This document shows, piece after piece, positions 1-9,685 of a DNA stretch of 64,000 bases (positions within the stretch are counted from its first letter, which is position 1; each line of letters opens with the position of its first letter). The stretch is from a virus. The translations under genes and the position numbers were made by a program. The notes under the pieces were generated by a model, which was not told where the DNA came from, searched no databases, and was given only the letters and a program-made list of their open reading frames with translations. The stretch lies in IMG/VR virus record IMGVR_UViG_3300005805_000042; one strand, written 5' to 3'.

Positions 1-1370
1 TGTCCCTGAAGAGCCACTTGTACCCGCGGTACCATCACTTCCTGATGTACCGTCACTACCTGAAGAACCTGAGGTTCCTGATGAACCACTAGTTCCTGAA
101 GTACCATCTTCTCCAGAAGAACCTGAAGTTCCTGAAGTAGCACTTGTTCCTGATGAACCAGAGGTACCAGCTGTACCATCGCTACCCGATGTTCCATCAT
201 CACCTGATGAACCAGATGTTCCTGATGAACCACTCGTTCCTGAAGTTCCATCTTGACCTGCTGAACCAGAAGTTCCACTCGTGCCTGTTGTACCCGATGA
301 ACCTGAAGTACCTGCTGTACCATCACTTCCAGAGGAACCTGATGTACCACTAGTGCCATCGGTTCCGGAAGTTCCATCCTTTCCTGAGGAACCTGAAGTT
401 CCCGATGTACCATCATTACCTGAAGAGCCAGAGGTTCCTGATGAACCAGATGTGCCAGCCGTACCATCAGAACCACTACTTCCATCCGAACCGCTTGAAC
501 CTGAAGTTCCTGATGAACCATCAGCACCGGAACTACCTGATGTACCTGCCGAACCTGAAGTTCCTGAAGTACCATCCGTTCCATCAACGCCACTCAATCC
601 AGAAGTACCATTAATACCTGATGTACCGTCTGAACCTGATGAACCTGAAGTTCCCGAAGTTCCATCACTACCAGAGGTACCATCATTACCCGACGAACCA
701 GATGTACCTGCGGTACCATCGCTACCAGATGAACCTGATGTTCCTGAAGAGCCACTGGTTCCTGCCGTACCATCACTTCCTGACGAACCTGAAGTTCCCG
801 AAGTTCCATCACTACCAGAGGTACCATCATTACCCGACGAACCAGATGTACCTGCGGTACCATCGATACCAGATGAACCTGATGTTCCTGAAGAACCTGA
901 AGTACCTGCGGTACCATCGCTTCCTGATGAACCCGATGTTCCTGAAGTACCATCACTTCCCGATGTACCATCTACACCTGAAGAACCTGAAGTACCTGCG
1001 GTACCATCACTACCTGATGAACCACTTGTTCCTGATGAACCCGAAGTACCTGCGGTACCATCGCTACCTGATGAACCACTTGTTCCTGAAGTACCATCAC
1101 TTCCCGATGTTCCGTCGCTACCTGAGGAACCACTCGTTCCTGCTGTACCATCACTACCTGATGAACCACTTGTTCCTGATGAACCCGAAGTACCTGCGGT
1201 ACCATCGCTACCTGATGAACCATCTCTACCACTAGTCCCTGAGCTTCCAGGTATACCACTAGTACCGGAGCTACCACCTATACCACTTGTTCCAGAACTA
1301 CCTCCAAGACCTGAAGTTCCACTTGAGCCAGATACCCCTGAACTTCCACTTGTTCCTGAAGTACCAGTAA
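1..1370 (-). repeat. In-frame Gly-X-Y triplet repeat tract with 144-bp higher-order unit
   Basis: Gly is every third residue almost throughout. 641-748 is nearly identical to 785-892, and the block at 1001 recurs at 1145 (both offsets 144 nt). Confidence 0.9.
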
Positions 1371-2277
1371 CACCTGTCACAACAACAGATGTTCCATCAC
1401 TATTATTTAAAGTTAAATTTCCAGTACCTGAATTATATGTACCGCCAGTCAATACGCCAGTAAATCCTGAAATCGAAACTGTACCTCCCGTTGAATTATA
1501 CAACTCTAAAGTTGTCGAAGCAGAAAAATAGGTACCACCCGTAACCGTTGTTCCGCCACCCGAAGTGGTGATTCCTGTAACGGTTACCGATGTACCATCG
1601 CTATTGTTTAAAGTTAAGGCTGAAGTTCCTGAGTTGTAAGTACCACCGGTGACAGTTCCTGTAAATCCTGTGATGGTAATTGTACCACCAGTACTATTGA
1701 ATAAATCTAATTCAGTTGTTGCAGAATAATATGTTCCCCCAGTGATTTGGATATCTGTCCCAAAAAATATTCTCCATCTAGCATTTTCCCTTGTAACACC
1801 ACTCTGTCCTTCAATAGTAGAACCTGTCCAAGCCGCAATTAAGGCTTGTCCACCTGCGGTGCTCGTACTAATAGTTGTACCGAAACTACCCTCATTTGTT
1901 GACCCTGAAGCCGCATTAAAAAGTGCATCATAGTTTGGGATTGTGTATTGGTAAACAGTATCATTTTCTTGAACATGTACCTGCATGCCCAATCTCCTTC
2001 TTCCTGAAGAAATATTATCGTTATTAAGTGTTAAAACATCGGGTAAAAAAGATAGTGTTCTTATTGCCAACTGAACCGGAATTGTATTTCCTGAAAATTC
2101 AACAGTTCCTGTTGTACCTGAGGGGATAGAATACACTAAATCATTCAAAGAATAAACTTCTTGATACCCACCAACTTGCAAAACACTAAAATTCGTGCCA
2201 TAAGTTACATTCCTATTTACGGAATCTGGACCTGTTAGTTGTGTTGCCGAAACCGGATTTTTGTAAATGAATGCCAT
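1..2277 (-). CDS. Collagen-like (Gly-X-Y) fibre protein, 3' end beyond left window edge; absent from ORF track
   Basis: Manual translation from ATG at 2277 (MAFIYKNPVSATQLTGPDSVNRNVTYG...) found no stop; the frame is still open at position 1. Four TGGTY repeats are followed by about 450 aa of GTS/GSS/GSD/GTA triplets. Confidence 0.9.
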   Translation of the reverse strand, partial: MAFIYKNPVSATQLTGPDSVNRNVTYGTNFSVLQVGGYQEVYSLNDLVYSIPSGTTGTVEFSGNTIPVQLAIRTLSFLPDVLTLNNDNISSGRRRLGMQVHVQENDTVYQYTIPNYDALFNAASGSTNEGSFGTTISTSTAGGQALIAAWTGSTIEGQSGVTRENARWRIFFGTDIQITGGTYYSATTELDLFNSTGGTITITGFTGTVTGGTYNSGTSALTLNNSDGTSVTVTGITTSGGGTTVTGGTYFSASTTLELYNSTGGTVSISGFTGVLTGGTYNSGTGNLTLNNSDGTSVVVTGVTGTSGTSGSSGVSGSSGTSGLGGSSGTSGIGGSSGTSGIPGSSGTSGRDGSSGSDGTAGTSGSSGTSGSSGSDGTAGTSGSSGSDGTSGSDGTSGTSGSSGSDGTAGTSGSSGTSGSSGSDGTAGTSGSSGVDGTSGSDGTSGTSGSSGSDGTAGTSGSSGTSGSSGIDGTAGTSGSSGNDGTSGSDGTSGTSGSSGSDGTAGTSGSSGTSGSSGSDGTAGTSGSSGNDGTSGSDGTSGTSGSSGSDGTSGINGTSGLSGVDGTDGTSGTSGSAGTSGSSGADGSSGTSGSSGSDGSSGSDGTAGTSGSSGTSGSSGNDGTSGTSGSSGKDGTSGTDGTSGTSGSSGSDGTAGTSGSSGTTGTSGTSGSAGQDGTSGTSGSSGTSGSSGDDGTSGSDGTAGTSGSSGTSATSGTSGSSGEDGTSGTSGSSGTSGSSGSDGTSGSDGTAGTSGSSGT

Positions 2278-2293
2278 TTTTGTGTTTTTTTAA

Positions 2294-2300
2294 ATAAATA
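2294..2300 (-). promoter_or_regulatory. TATTTAT late-gene motif
   Basis: 16 nt upstream of ATG 2277. Confidence 0.6.
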
Positions 2301-2307
2301 CTTTTTT

Positions 2308-4017
2308 TTATGCGACAGTATTACCTTTGAAGTAAATTGTCGTTAGAGAATTATTAAGATTAAATGAAGGGTCATTGAAAGTTGTATAAAGTCTATATGT
2401 TCCAACTGCGAAAGCCCCACCAGGATTTGTCACAGTGTAAGTATAAACACTTGCTGATGTGTTTTTAGCACTAAAAGTAGTTGGACCAGTACCAAAAGAT
2501 AAATCAATAACCGTTTGTCGGTTACCTGAACTTGTACCACCTATTGACTCATCAGGAATTACCCAAGTATACCAAGCATTTTCATTAACAGTTCCCGCTG
2601 CAATTTCGGTTGTTAAGAAATTGTACTGAATTATCGCATTGGTAAATGAATCATTCCCACCAGTTGTTTGAGGAATCGTTTGAGTAATTATTGCCGGAAC
2701 TCCTCCTGTACCTGCGTTAGCGGTAAAGTAATCTAAATAAGCCTCTATGTCAAAATTACTCGTTGGGGGTAAACTATTTGTAAAACCATAAAAGCTTGCG
2801 CCAACACCATTCATATAAGTACCAATGTTAGCAGCAATTGATTGTGGTTCAATTAATAAGTAAGCTGGTGACACTCCCGAGCCAGGACTTGGTGTTGGAG
2901 TACTTGTCGTTGTCGGTGTTGGTGTAGTGGTTGGTTCAGCTGTTGGGGTAGAAGTTAATGTTGTTGTTGGCGTTGGAGTATTAGTTGGGGTTTCAGTATT
3001 AGTTGGAGTATTGGTTGGTGTACCAGTTGGAGTTGTTGTAGGGGTTGGTGTTTCGGTACCAGTTGGAGTATTTGTTGGTGTACCTGTAGGAGTTTCTGTA
3101 TTAGTTGGAGTATTGGTAGGAGTTTCTGTGTTAGTTGGAGTTGGGGTTGGCGTTTCAGTACCTGTTGGGGTGTTTGTTGGGGTGTTTGTGGGAGTTTCCG
3201 TATTTGTTGGAGTATTTGTTGGGGTACCTGTTGGAGTCGGAGTTGGGGTTGATGTCTCCGTATTAGTTGGCGTATTTGTCGGAGTTTCAGTTGGAGTTGG
3301 CGTAATAGATGCCGTCACAGAAGGAGTCGGCGTATTACTTGGTGTCATTGTTGGGGTAATTCCAACAGTTACACTTGGTGTAGGAGTTTGAGTTGGAGTT
3401 CCTGTTGGTGTCTCAGTTGGAGTGTTCGTTGGGGTTTCCGTCGGTGTTGGGGTTTGAGTTTCAGTTGGTGTATTTGTAGGTGTTTCAGTTGGAGTGCTTG
3501 TTGGTGTTTCAGTATTAGTTGGTGTCGGAGTATTTGTTGGAGTTTCACTCGGGGTGTTTGTTGGTGTTGGCGTTTGAGTTTCAGTTGCAGTTGGTGTCAA
3601 TCCAATAGTTACCGATGGCGTTGGTGTCTGTGTTGGACTAGCAGTATTTGTTGGGGTTACAGTGCTAGTTGGTGTAACGGCAGGAGTTCCCGTTGGCGAA
3701 TTACTTGGCGTAGGTGTTGGAGTAGAAGTGTTTGTAGGGGTAGGTCCAGGAGGTGTTGGCGTAGGTGTCGGTGTTGGAGTTGCCGTTGGTGTACCGAGAC
3801 ATAAAACAACACCATTAATCAATTCATTTCTTGTAACAGAAACAAAATAAGGGGTGGCACCAGTTGAATTTATGTAGATATCAAAGGGTCCAATCGCGTT
3901 AGATGTGTTTGGAAGTCTAATGATAAAACACTCCGAGCCGGTAACATTTACCTGTTGTTCAACGGAAGTATCACACCCATCCGCCCTGTTGACACATATA
4001 ATAGTTTCTAACGCCAT
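2308..4017 (-). CDS. Pro/Thr-rich (mucin-like) virion surface protein with small N- and C-terminal domains
   Basis: 569-aa ORF with about 300 aa of [11 protein letters not shown] repeats between two non-repetitive domains; located in the structural cluster. Confidence 0.75.
   Translation of the reverse strand: MALETIICVNRADGCDTSVEQQVNVTGSECFIIRLPNTSNAIGPFDIYINSTGATPYFVSVTRNELINGVVLCLGTPTATPTPTPTPTPPGPTPTNTSTPTPTPSNSPTGTPAVTPTSTVTPTNTASPTQTPTPSVTIGLTPTATETQTPTPTNTPSETPTNTPTPTNTETPTSTPTETPTNTPTETQTPTPTETPTNTPTETPTGTPTQTPTPSVTVGITPTMTPSNTPTPSVTASITPTPTETPTNTPTNTETSTPTPTPTGTPTNTPTNTETPTNTPTNTPTGTETPTPTPTNTETPTNTPTNTETPTGTPTNTPTGTETPTPTTTPTGTPTNTPTNTETPTNTPTPTTTLTSTPTAEPTTTPTPTTTSTPTPSPGSGVSPAYLLIEPQSIAANIGTYMNGVGASFYGFTNSLPPTSNFDIEAYLDYFTANAGTGGVPAIITQTIPQTTGGNDSFTNAIIQYNFLTTEIAAGTVNENAWYTWVIPDESIGGTSSGNRQTVIDLSFGTGPTTFSAKNTSASVYTYTVTNPGGAFAVGTYRLYTTFNDPSFNLNNSLTTIYFKGNTVA
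2890..3790 (-). repeat. PT/TPT coding repeat tract
   Basis: Plus strand shows degenerate gttggtgt/gttggagt repeats encoding T-P-T. Confidence 0.9.
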
Positions 4018-4028
4018 GATTTTCTATA

Positions 4029-4035
4029 ATAAATA
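4029..4035 (-). promoter_or_regulatory. TATTTAT late-gene motif
   Basis: 11 nt upstream of ATG 4017. Confidence 0.6.
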
Positions 4036-4081
4036 CTAAAGACTACCCCTTTTTAATTTTTATTGACACCAATTTTTCATT

Positions 4082-4450
4082 TTATAAAACTAATTCCAAT
4101 GTTGGTTCCGCAACACAAACCGTTTCAACAACCGTAGTTTCGAATGTACAAGTTGATTCTGTTACGGTCATAGTTACCACACAACTTGCAGATTCAACTG
4201 AAATTGTAAATCCACAACCGAATGAACAATCTAAAATTTCAAATTTTTCACACCCATTATTATCAATAAGGGTAACCATAATCTGCGGTGCAGAGTTAAA
4301 TAATGAAGGTGGATAAAAATGTGCCGCAGGAGGAATTACCCCTGTGTTTGTTATTGTACCAATTAAAAATGAATTGTTCCCATAAATGTCGGAAACATAT
4401 ACACTTATTGGTATACTACCTGAAACCGCTTCAATTCTTATTTGTGTCAT
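4082..4450 (-). CDS. Small Cys-containing beta-rich structural protein
   Basis: Start reassigned to ATG 4450 (MTQIRIE), which forms an ATGA overlap with the upstream stop. Confidence 0.7.
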   Translation of the reverse strand: MTQIRIEAVSGSIPISVYVSDIYGNNSFLIGTITNTGVIPPAAHFYPPSLFNSAPQIMVTLIDNNGCEKFEILDCSFGCGFTISVESASCVVTMTVTESTCTFETTVVETVCVAEPTLELVL

Positions 4451-6663
4451 GTCAAGCAAATAATGTCATATACTATAATTAGTTTGACACTCAATTCTTG
4501 ACCGATGATTGAACTATTTGGATTAGCGGAAATTGAAATTTGATTGGTAAGTGGGTCAATCGTAACCGATGACACACCACTAACACTCTGAAGTAAGTTT
4601 GTTATTTCAGTAAACCATGTGTTGTCACTTGGGACATCCATCAGTGTAGTTCCTGTGTAAAAGGTACTATTAATTACCGTATTTTGTGGTTGAATTTCTA
4701 CTTGTGCCGTATAAACCGCAGATAATAAATTACAACTTGTATTACCTGAAGTGAGGTCATTGAAACCTTCAACCAAAATTTGATTTATTCCGTGTTTGGT
4801 CGGAGAGAGAATATTGAATACCTCAGAACCCATAGTGTAGGTCTGATAAGTAACACACTTAGCATTACATTCAATACTTGTTTGTCTGGCAAGTGAACAC
4901 CCATTAACATCTTGAACTATTAAGGTGTAAGTCCCCCCCGTTAAACCCGTAACAGAAATACTCTGTGGGTTACCTTGAATATTATTACTCCAAGTGAAGG
5001 TATATGGTGCAATTCCTTGGGTGATAAATGCCGTAAGGGTACCTTCACTCCCTGAACCACAAGATGTGGAATAAAGTGAGAAGTCCACCGCAGGGGTGGA
5101 TGTCATCGTAAATGGTGTTGAGAGGGTACATCCCGAAGCATCTGTAATACTCAAGAGGTGTTGACCCACAGTGACATTTGAGAATGTTACAGTGGTTAAA
5201 AATGAACCAACAATATTGTTTGTTCCGTCAATTGAATATGTAACGGGTAGGGTTGCTCCTGAGGAGATAACCACATTTAATATACCTTGGGGATTTCCGC
5301 AAGTTGAACCTGTAAGGGATAGGGTTGTTGTGAATTTTTCCTCAGCAATCAGAGTAACCTCAGTTGAATAAACACAACCTGTGGTGTCTTCAACAAAAAC
5401 TGTGTATGTTCCCGTCTCTAAATTTGGAAATACTTCGGTTGTTTGATTACTTGTTACAACATCGGTATTTGCATTGGGGTCAATTAAGGTATAGGTATAT
5501 GGTGATACTCCTCCGATTACCTGAACAGTGATACTACCGTTTGTTGAGGAACATACGGAATTTGTTGTCGATACATTGACCGATGATATTCCACCTGGGC
5601 TTGTTATGGATGTGGTAGCGTTAAAACTACAAAGTGCCGCATCGGTTACTTGGAAAGAATAGTTCCCACTTGATAATCCTGATATGGTAAGACTTGTTGC
5701 ATATGAAATTTCAACATATCCCGTACTTGCAGAATAGTAGTACGGTGCTGTCCCCCCCGTTAAGGTAATGGTGACACTTCCGTTTGCTTCGAAACAAGTG
5801 GGAGGTACTGAGGTAAATGCCCCAAGGCCAACGGGTTCAACTTCCGTGACAAGAGCATTTTGTGTTAACTGACATCCGTAAAAGTCGGTAACCTGAACCG
5901 AGTACACTCCAGATGTCAACCCTGTAATACTACTTGTTGTTTGTCCGCCATTCCACAAATAGGAGAACGGTGGGGTACCTGTTACGCCCGTTACAAATAT
6001 TTTACCAATTGGAAAGGTATTACACGAAGCATCAGGGACAACATACAATCCATAGTTAAGAGAGGAGGATTGCTCAACAATAAAGTTTTGACTGTAACCT
6101 GTTGCACCCCCTAAATCAAATCCGTATAGGTAGTAAGTACCGGCAGATAAACTTGTAAATTCAACAGTACCTGTGTTTGTGACCGCTGAGGTGATATAGG
6201 TGTCATCACCTGTGTATAGATAGTAGTTCGTTGTGGCAAAAACCGATGAAGATGTCCCCGTTACCGAACCATTGTCCAATCCACAAGTGGTAGAGTTTAC
6301 ATTTAAAACCGAAACACATAAACAATCCGATACAATGATGTTAATAAAAAACTCACTGTTGACTGGAAGTTGTGAATCGTTGGCTCTAACAAAATAAGTT
6401 CCCGCTGGCAGGTTATCTTTAAATGCCCCAAGACCCAATTCAGGATTGTACCAATCAAAGGTATATGGTGGAACCCCTCCCAATGGCTCTATAAGGACGG
6501 CTCCAAATCCAGTTTCACAAGCTCCCGTTACATTTAAGGTGTAATCAAAAACTAATCCATTACCAAATGCCGGTAAACTTGAGGACGGCGTAGGGGTAAC
6601 AGATGGTGGCGTCGAAGACGGTGTTACAGGAATTGTGGTTGAAGTGGGGGTAGGAGTCGACAT
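4447..6663 (-). CDS. SprB-repeat-containing adhesin-like virion protein
   Basis: Repeated GG(T/V)xPY(T/S)(F/Y)xW...G.Y.V.V.D..GC units, e.g. GTPPFSYLWNGGQTTSSITGLTSGVYSVQVTDFYGC, match the SprB repeat pattern. Confidence 0.75.
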   Translation of the reverse strand: MSTPTPTSTTIPVTPSSTPPSVTPTPSSSLPAFGNGLVFDYTLNVTGACETGFGAVLIEPLGGVPPYTFDWYNPELGLGAFKDNLPAGTYFVRANDSQLPVNSEFFINIIVSDCLCVSVLNVNSTTCGLDNGSVTGTSSSVFATTNYYLYTGDDTYITSAVTNTGTVEFTSLSAGTYYLYGFDLGGATGYSQNFIVEQSSSLNYGLYVVPDASCNTFPIGKIFVTGVTGTPPFSYLWNGGQTTSSITGLTSGVYSVQVTDFYGCQLTQNALVTEVEPVGLGAFTSVPPTCFEANGSVTITLTGGTAPYYYSASTGYVEISYATSLTISGLSSGNYSFQVTDAALCSFNATTSITSPGGISSVNVSTTNSVCSSTNGSITVQVIGGVSPYTYTLIDPNANTDVVTSNQTTEVFPNLETGTYTVFVEDTTGCVYSTEVTLIAEEKFTTTLSLTGSTCGNPQGILNVVISSGATLPVTYSIDGTNNIVGSFLTTVTFSNVTVGQHLLSITDASGCTLSTPFTMTSTPAVDFSLYSTSCGSGSEGTLTAFITQGIAPYTFTWSNNIQGNPQSISVTGLTGGTYTLIVQDVNGCSLARQTSIECNAKCVTYQTYTMGSEVFNILSPTKHGINQILVEGFNDLTSGNTSCNLLSAVYTAQVEIQPQNTVINSTFYTGTTLMDVPSDNTWFTEITNLLQSVSGVSSVTIDPLTNQISISANPNSSIIGQELSVKLIIVYDIICLT

Positions 6664-6664
6664 A

Positions 6665-9600
6665 TTATGCTACGATTAGTTCTTCCTCTAATTGACTTTG
6701 AATTACTTCAGGACAATCAAGACTTATGTTTATTCCCACACTAAGGGATACCTCTTGTAAAGAATTCTCCAACACACAATTCAAATTGGTAATTGTAAGA
6801 AAGTTTCCATTTAAAGTATAAGTGTATCCGTACTGATATAAATTATTAAGATTATTAATTAATGTTTGTCTCCATAGTAATGCTGTTGGTACATCATTGA
6901 TACCATAACCTTGATAGAGGGGAACACTTATAATAATTTGGTTTCCGATGGTTAAATTAAGTGACCATTCAGATGAAATTGAATTAGGATTGTATAACCC
7001 TTGGTTCGACCCTATCGAAATCAAATAGTTATTGACCCTATTTGTTAGAATGGATTGGAAGTCAGAAACTGTGACATCACCATTTAACCAAGGAAAAATG
7101 AAGAAGTCCACATATTCAGTATTACAATCGTAATCGAATATGTTGGAGATAATAAAACAAGGTTGTGATTCAACAGGAATCAACTGACAACCCCTTTGTC
7201 TACGATAAACGAACTTCTGTTTGTGGAAAATAGAATTTTCCAATCTTGTTCCTGCGTTCCAAAGAGTAGTGGCGGCAATCATCTGTTCAATTAACTTGGG
7301 CCAAAAAGGACCCATAGCATCAACATACTCAATTAACTTTTGATAGGTATATTTGTTGTTTGGTAAACCAACAGTCTGTTCAGATTGGATGTACTTCCAA
7401 AAGATAGATTGAAGTGTTGGATAACCCCCCGTTTTACCATCGGTGATATAAAGACGATTACGGGTGTTAATCATATTTTGCCAAAATGTCTGATAAAATT
7501 CAAAGAATGTTTTCTTCTGTGGCTCAGGGTCAATAAAGGTATCATCGATTCCACCGGGTGAGGGAAAGTTAGCCGTGAAACCTGACTCAGGAATTGGGTA
7601 GTTGTACAACCTTGATTGATTCCAAACATCATACGCCAATCCCTGACCGACATTCATAAATAAATCTATGTTCTTAACATTAAGAACAAGTTTTTCATCA
7701 TCGGTAAAGTAATAAGCCTCATAACCTGATTGAGTATCAACTCTTAGCCTGTTGTCAGTTTGTAGCCAAGATTTTTTGTTATCAGGAACTTTTCTCAGTT
7801 TGTAGGAATCCGTCATATACGGAAATTGTTCATACCTTTGAAGGTATATTCCACCATATGTGAAGGGTTGAAGTTGAGTTTGAACATCCACATTTTGACC
7901 GGTAAAGACATCGCCTGTCACTGTGACTTGGTTAGGACTTCTGTGGTCGGGGGTTTGCTCATACCAACCAGCACCTTCTTGGAAGAACACACCGTTGGTT
8001 CCAGTTGGGTTAGGGGATTGAGGAAAACCAAGTTCATCGACAGGATAGTCGTTTCTTCGGATATTAACAGTTTGGAAAGTTGTAGATGTAGTGTAGGCAG
8101 TAAAAAGTTGACCTCTTATTGAGAATGTATTACCAGGTGATAGTGCTGGTTGTTCATTTATGAATGTTCCCCCCGATAACTGAGCAAACTGAGAGTTAAA
8201 GTTTTCCATATTAACTCTTTGGTCAGCCAAGTAGATGTACTCATTAAAATCTATAAGTGCTTCGGGTGCTCCGATTAAACGAAGTAAAAATTCAATTGAC
8301 CTTCTTGTACCTTTTGATTTAAAAAGGTATGCCGAGTTTAATACTAAGTTTCTGTAGAATTGATAATTTAATTCAGTCGGAGTCTGAGCCCTTGAAAAAC
8401 CGGGGTATTCAATTTGTGTGGTATTACCAAATACACTCGAAAGAAAATCTTCATTTGTAATTGGTGAGAAATTGTTACTCCACCCTAAGGTTTGAGATAA
8501 GTTAAATAACAATTGGGAGGGAATATCATTTTGTGGTACATAATGAACTGAGTTCATGTTTGCTAACGCATCGATATATTGTTTGATTTGGTCAAAACTC
8601 CTGCCGTAAATCTGAAGGATTTTTTCAACCTTTTGACCTAAGGTATCAAATTCTTTGATTGAATCTGTTACCAAAAATCTTGAAATAAGGTTTGTCTTGT
8701 AGGTGTCCAAATCTTCCGCAACATCGGCAAGTCTTGTAAGATAATTGTCAAATCTAAATGAACTAATATCTAAGTTATAGTTACCATCTTTAGGGAAAGT
8801 TACTTGAACATAAGATGTGTAGAACTGACCCCCTTGGTTTTGTGCCGGTACTTGGAAATTTGCGGTGTATTCAGGACGGATAAGACGGTTCATTAAAAAC
8901 TGTTCAACCTCGTCATAGTTTTCTTGGAAGACTTTATCAACAATGTAATTGCTTGGTCTAATCAAAAAGTCCTCGTCAGTACTTGAAACACCCGAAGCAA
9001 ATGCAGACCCCGAAACAACAAACTCCAAATTTCCTGAAATCTGTGTGGCTGGTGCAACATAATCTACAACAGGATATGTCTGTCCTTGGTAATCTAAAAC
9101 ATAATTTAAAAAACCACGAGTTAGATTTCTGTATTGTGAGGTTTCAATCTCCCTCACCATCATGTTAGTTGTAGCACTCTGTGAGAACTCTATCTGAAAT
9201 GGATTGTATACACTACCAACAGGAATTAGGAATGTTGTTTCATCTTCGATAGGGTCATAGGATATGTTTGTTGCAGTTTGACCTGTTGTAAAATCTGGCA
9301 TCACCTTACGGATATCCAAAGCAGCAGGAAAGAAATTAATAATATGTGTAACCGAAACCTGTAATCTCTTGGCTAATGAACCATATAAAGAAAAGTTAAG
9401 AACTTGTGAAACATCATAATTTGGATAAACTCTAAATTGTGATTGAATGATTCTTCTACTTTCCTCCATGGAGTTTATATCCAAATCCTCTAAAGAAATC
9501 GGATTGGAGAATGTACCAATAGAAAAAGTCCTATTTACCTTTTCAGTTACCGAGGTGGTAAAGTCAAATACCGACGAAGTAAGTCCGCCCCCTTCGACAA

Positions 9601-9685
9601 GTTGAAAACCAACTATGTCGTCAAACGCACCCGTACCGTTACCAGGTGCTGGAGGATAAAAAAACTTCGTCGTATTAACCGCCAT
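6665..9685 (-). CDS. Baseplate wedge protein (T4 gp7 / P2 gpI-like core)
   Basis: Segment LVLNSAYLFKSKGTRRSIEFLLRLIG resembles the gpI/gp7 KGT motif; baseplate context. Confidence 0.55.
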   Translation of the reverse strand: MAVNTTKFFYPPAPGNGTGAFDDIVGFQLVEGGGLTSSVFDFTTSVTEKVNRTFSIGTFSNPISLEDLDINSMEESRRIIQSQFRVYPNYDVSQVLNFSLYGSLAKRLQVSVTHIINFFPAALDIRKVMPDFTTGQTATNISYDPIEDETTFLIPVGSVYNPFQIEFSQSATTNMMVREIETSQYRNLTRGFLNYVLDYQGQTYPVVDYVAPATQISGNLEFVVSGSAFASGVSSTDEDFLIRPSNYIVDKVFQENYDEVEQFLMNRLIRPEYTANFQVPAQNQGGQFYTSYVQVTFPKDGNYNLDISSFRFDNYLTRLADVAEDLDTYKTNLISRFLVTDSIKEFDTLGQKVEKILQIYGRSFDQIKQYIDALANMNSVHYVPQNDIPSQLLFNLSQTLGWSNNFSPITNEDFLSSVFGNTTQIEYPGFSRAQTPTELNYQFYRNLVLNSAYLFKSKGTRRSIEFLLRLIGAPEALIDFNEYIYLADQRVNMENFNSQFAQLSGGTFINEQPALSPGNTFSIRGQLFTAYTTSTTFQTVNIRRNDYPVDELGFPQSPNPTGTNGVFFQEGAGWYEQTPDHRSPNQVTVTGDVFTGQNVDVQTQLQPFTYGGIYLQRYEQFPYMTDSYKLRKVPDNKKSWLQTDNRLRVDTQSGYEAYYFTDDEKLVLNVKNIDLFMNVGQGLAYDVWNQSRLYNYPIPESGFTANFPSPGGIDDTFIDPEPQKKTFFEFYQTFWQNMINTRNRLYITDGKTGGYPTLQSIFWKYIQSEQTVGLPNNKYTYQKLIEYVDAMGPFWPKLIEQMIAATTLWNAGTRLENSIFHKQKFVYRRQRGCQLIPVESQPCFIISNIFDYDCNTEYVDFFIFPWLNGDVTVSDFQSILTNRVNNYLISIGSNQGLYNPNSISSEWSLNLTIGNQIIISVPLYQGYGINDVPTALLWRQTLINNLNNLYQYGYTYTLNGNFLTITNLNCVLENSLQEVSLSVGINISLDCPEVIQSQLEEELIVA

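Noticed and set aside
144-1531. Plus-strand ORFs (416-aa PVVPDEPEVP..., 204 aa, 69 aa) and off-frame minus ORFs 594-971 and 972-1277
   Set aside because: They are shadows of the Gly-X-Y gene; repetitive codons leave other frames free of stops.
1-3800. Repeats as a possible CRISPR array or DGR template
   Set aside because: Units are in-frame, degenerate at third positions and have no unique spacers; there is no cas or reverse transcriptase gene.
2927-3850. Plus-strand VGVGV/CWC-rich ORFs
   Set aside because: Antisense shadows of the Pro/Thr repeat.
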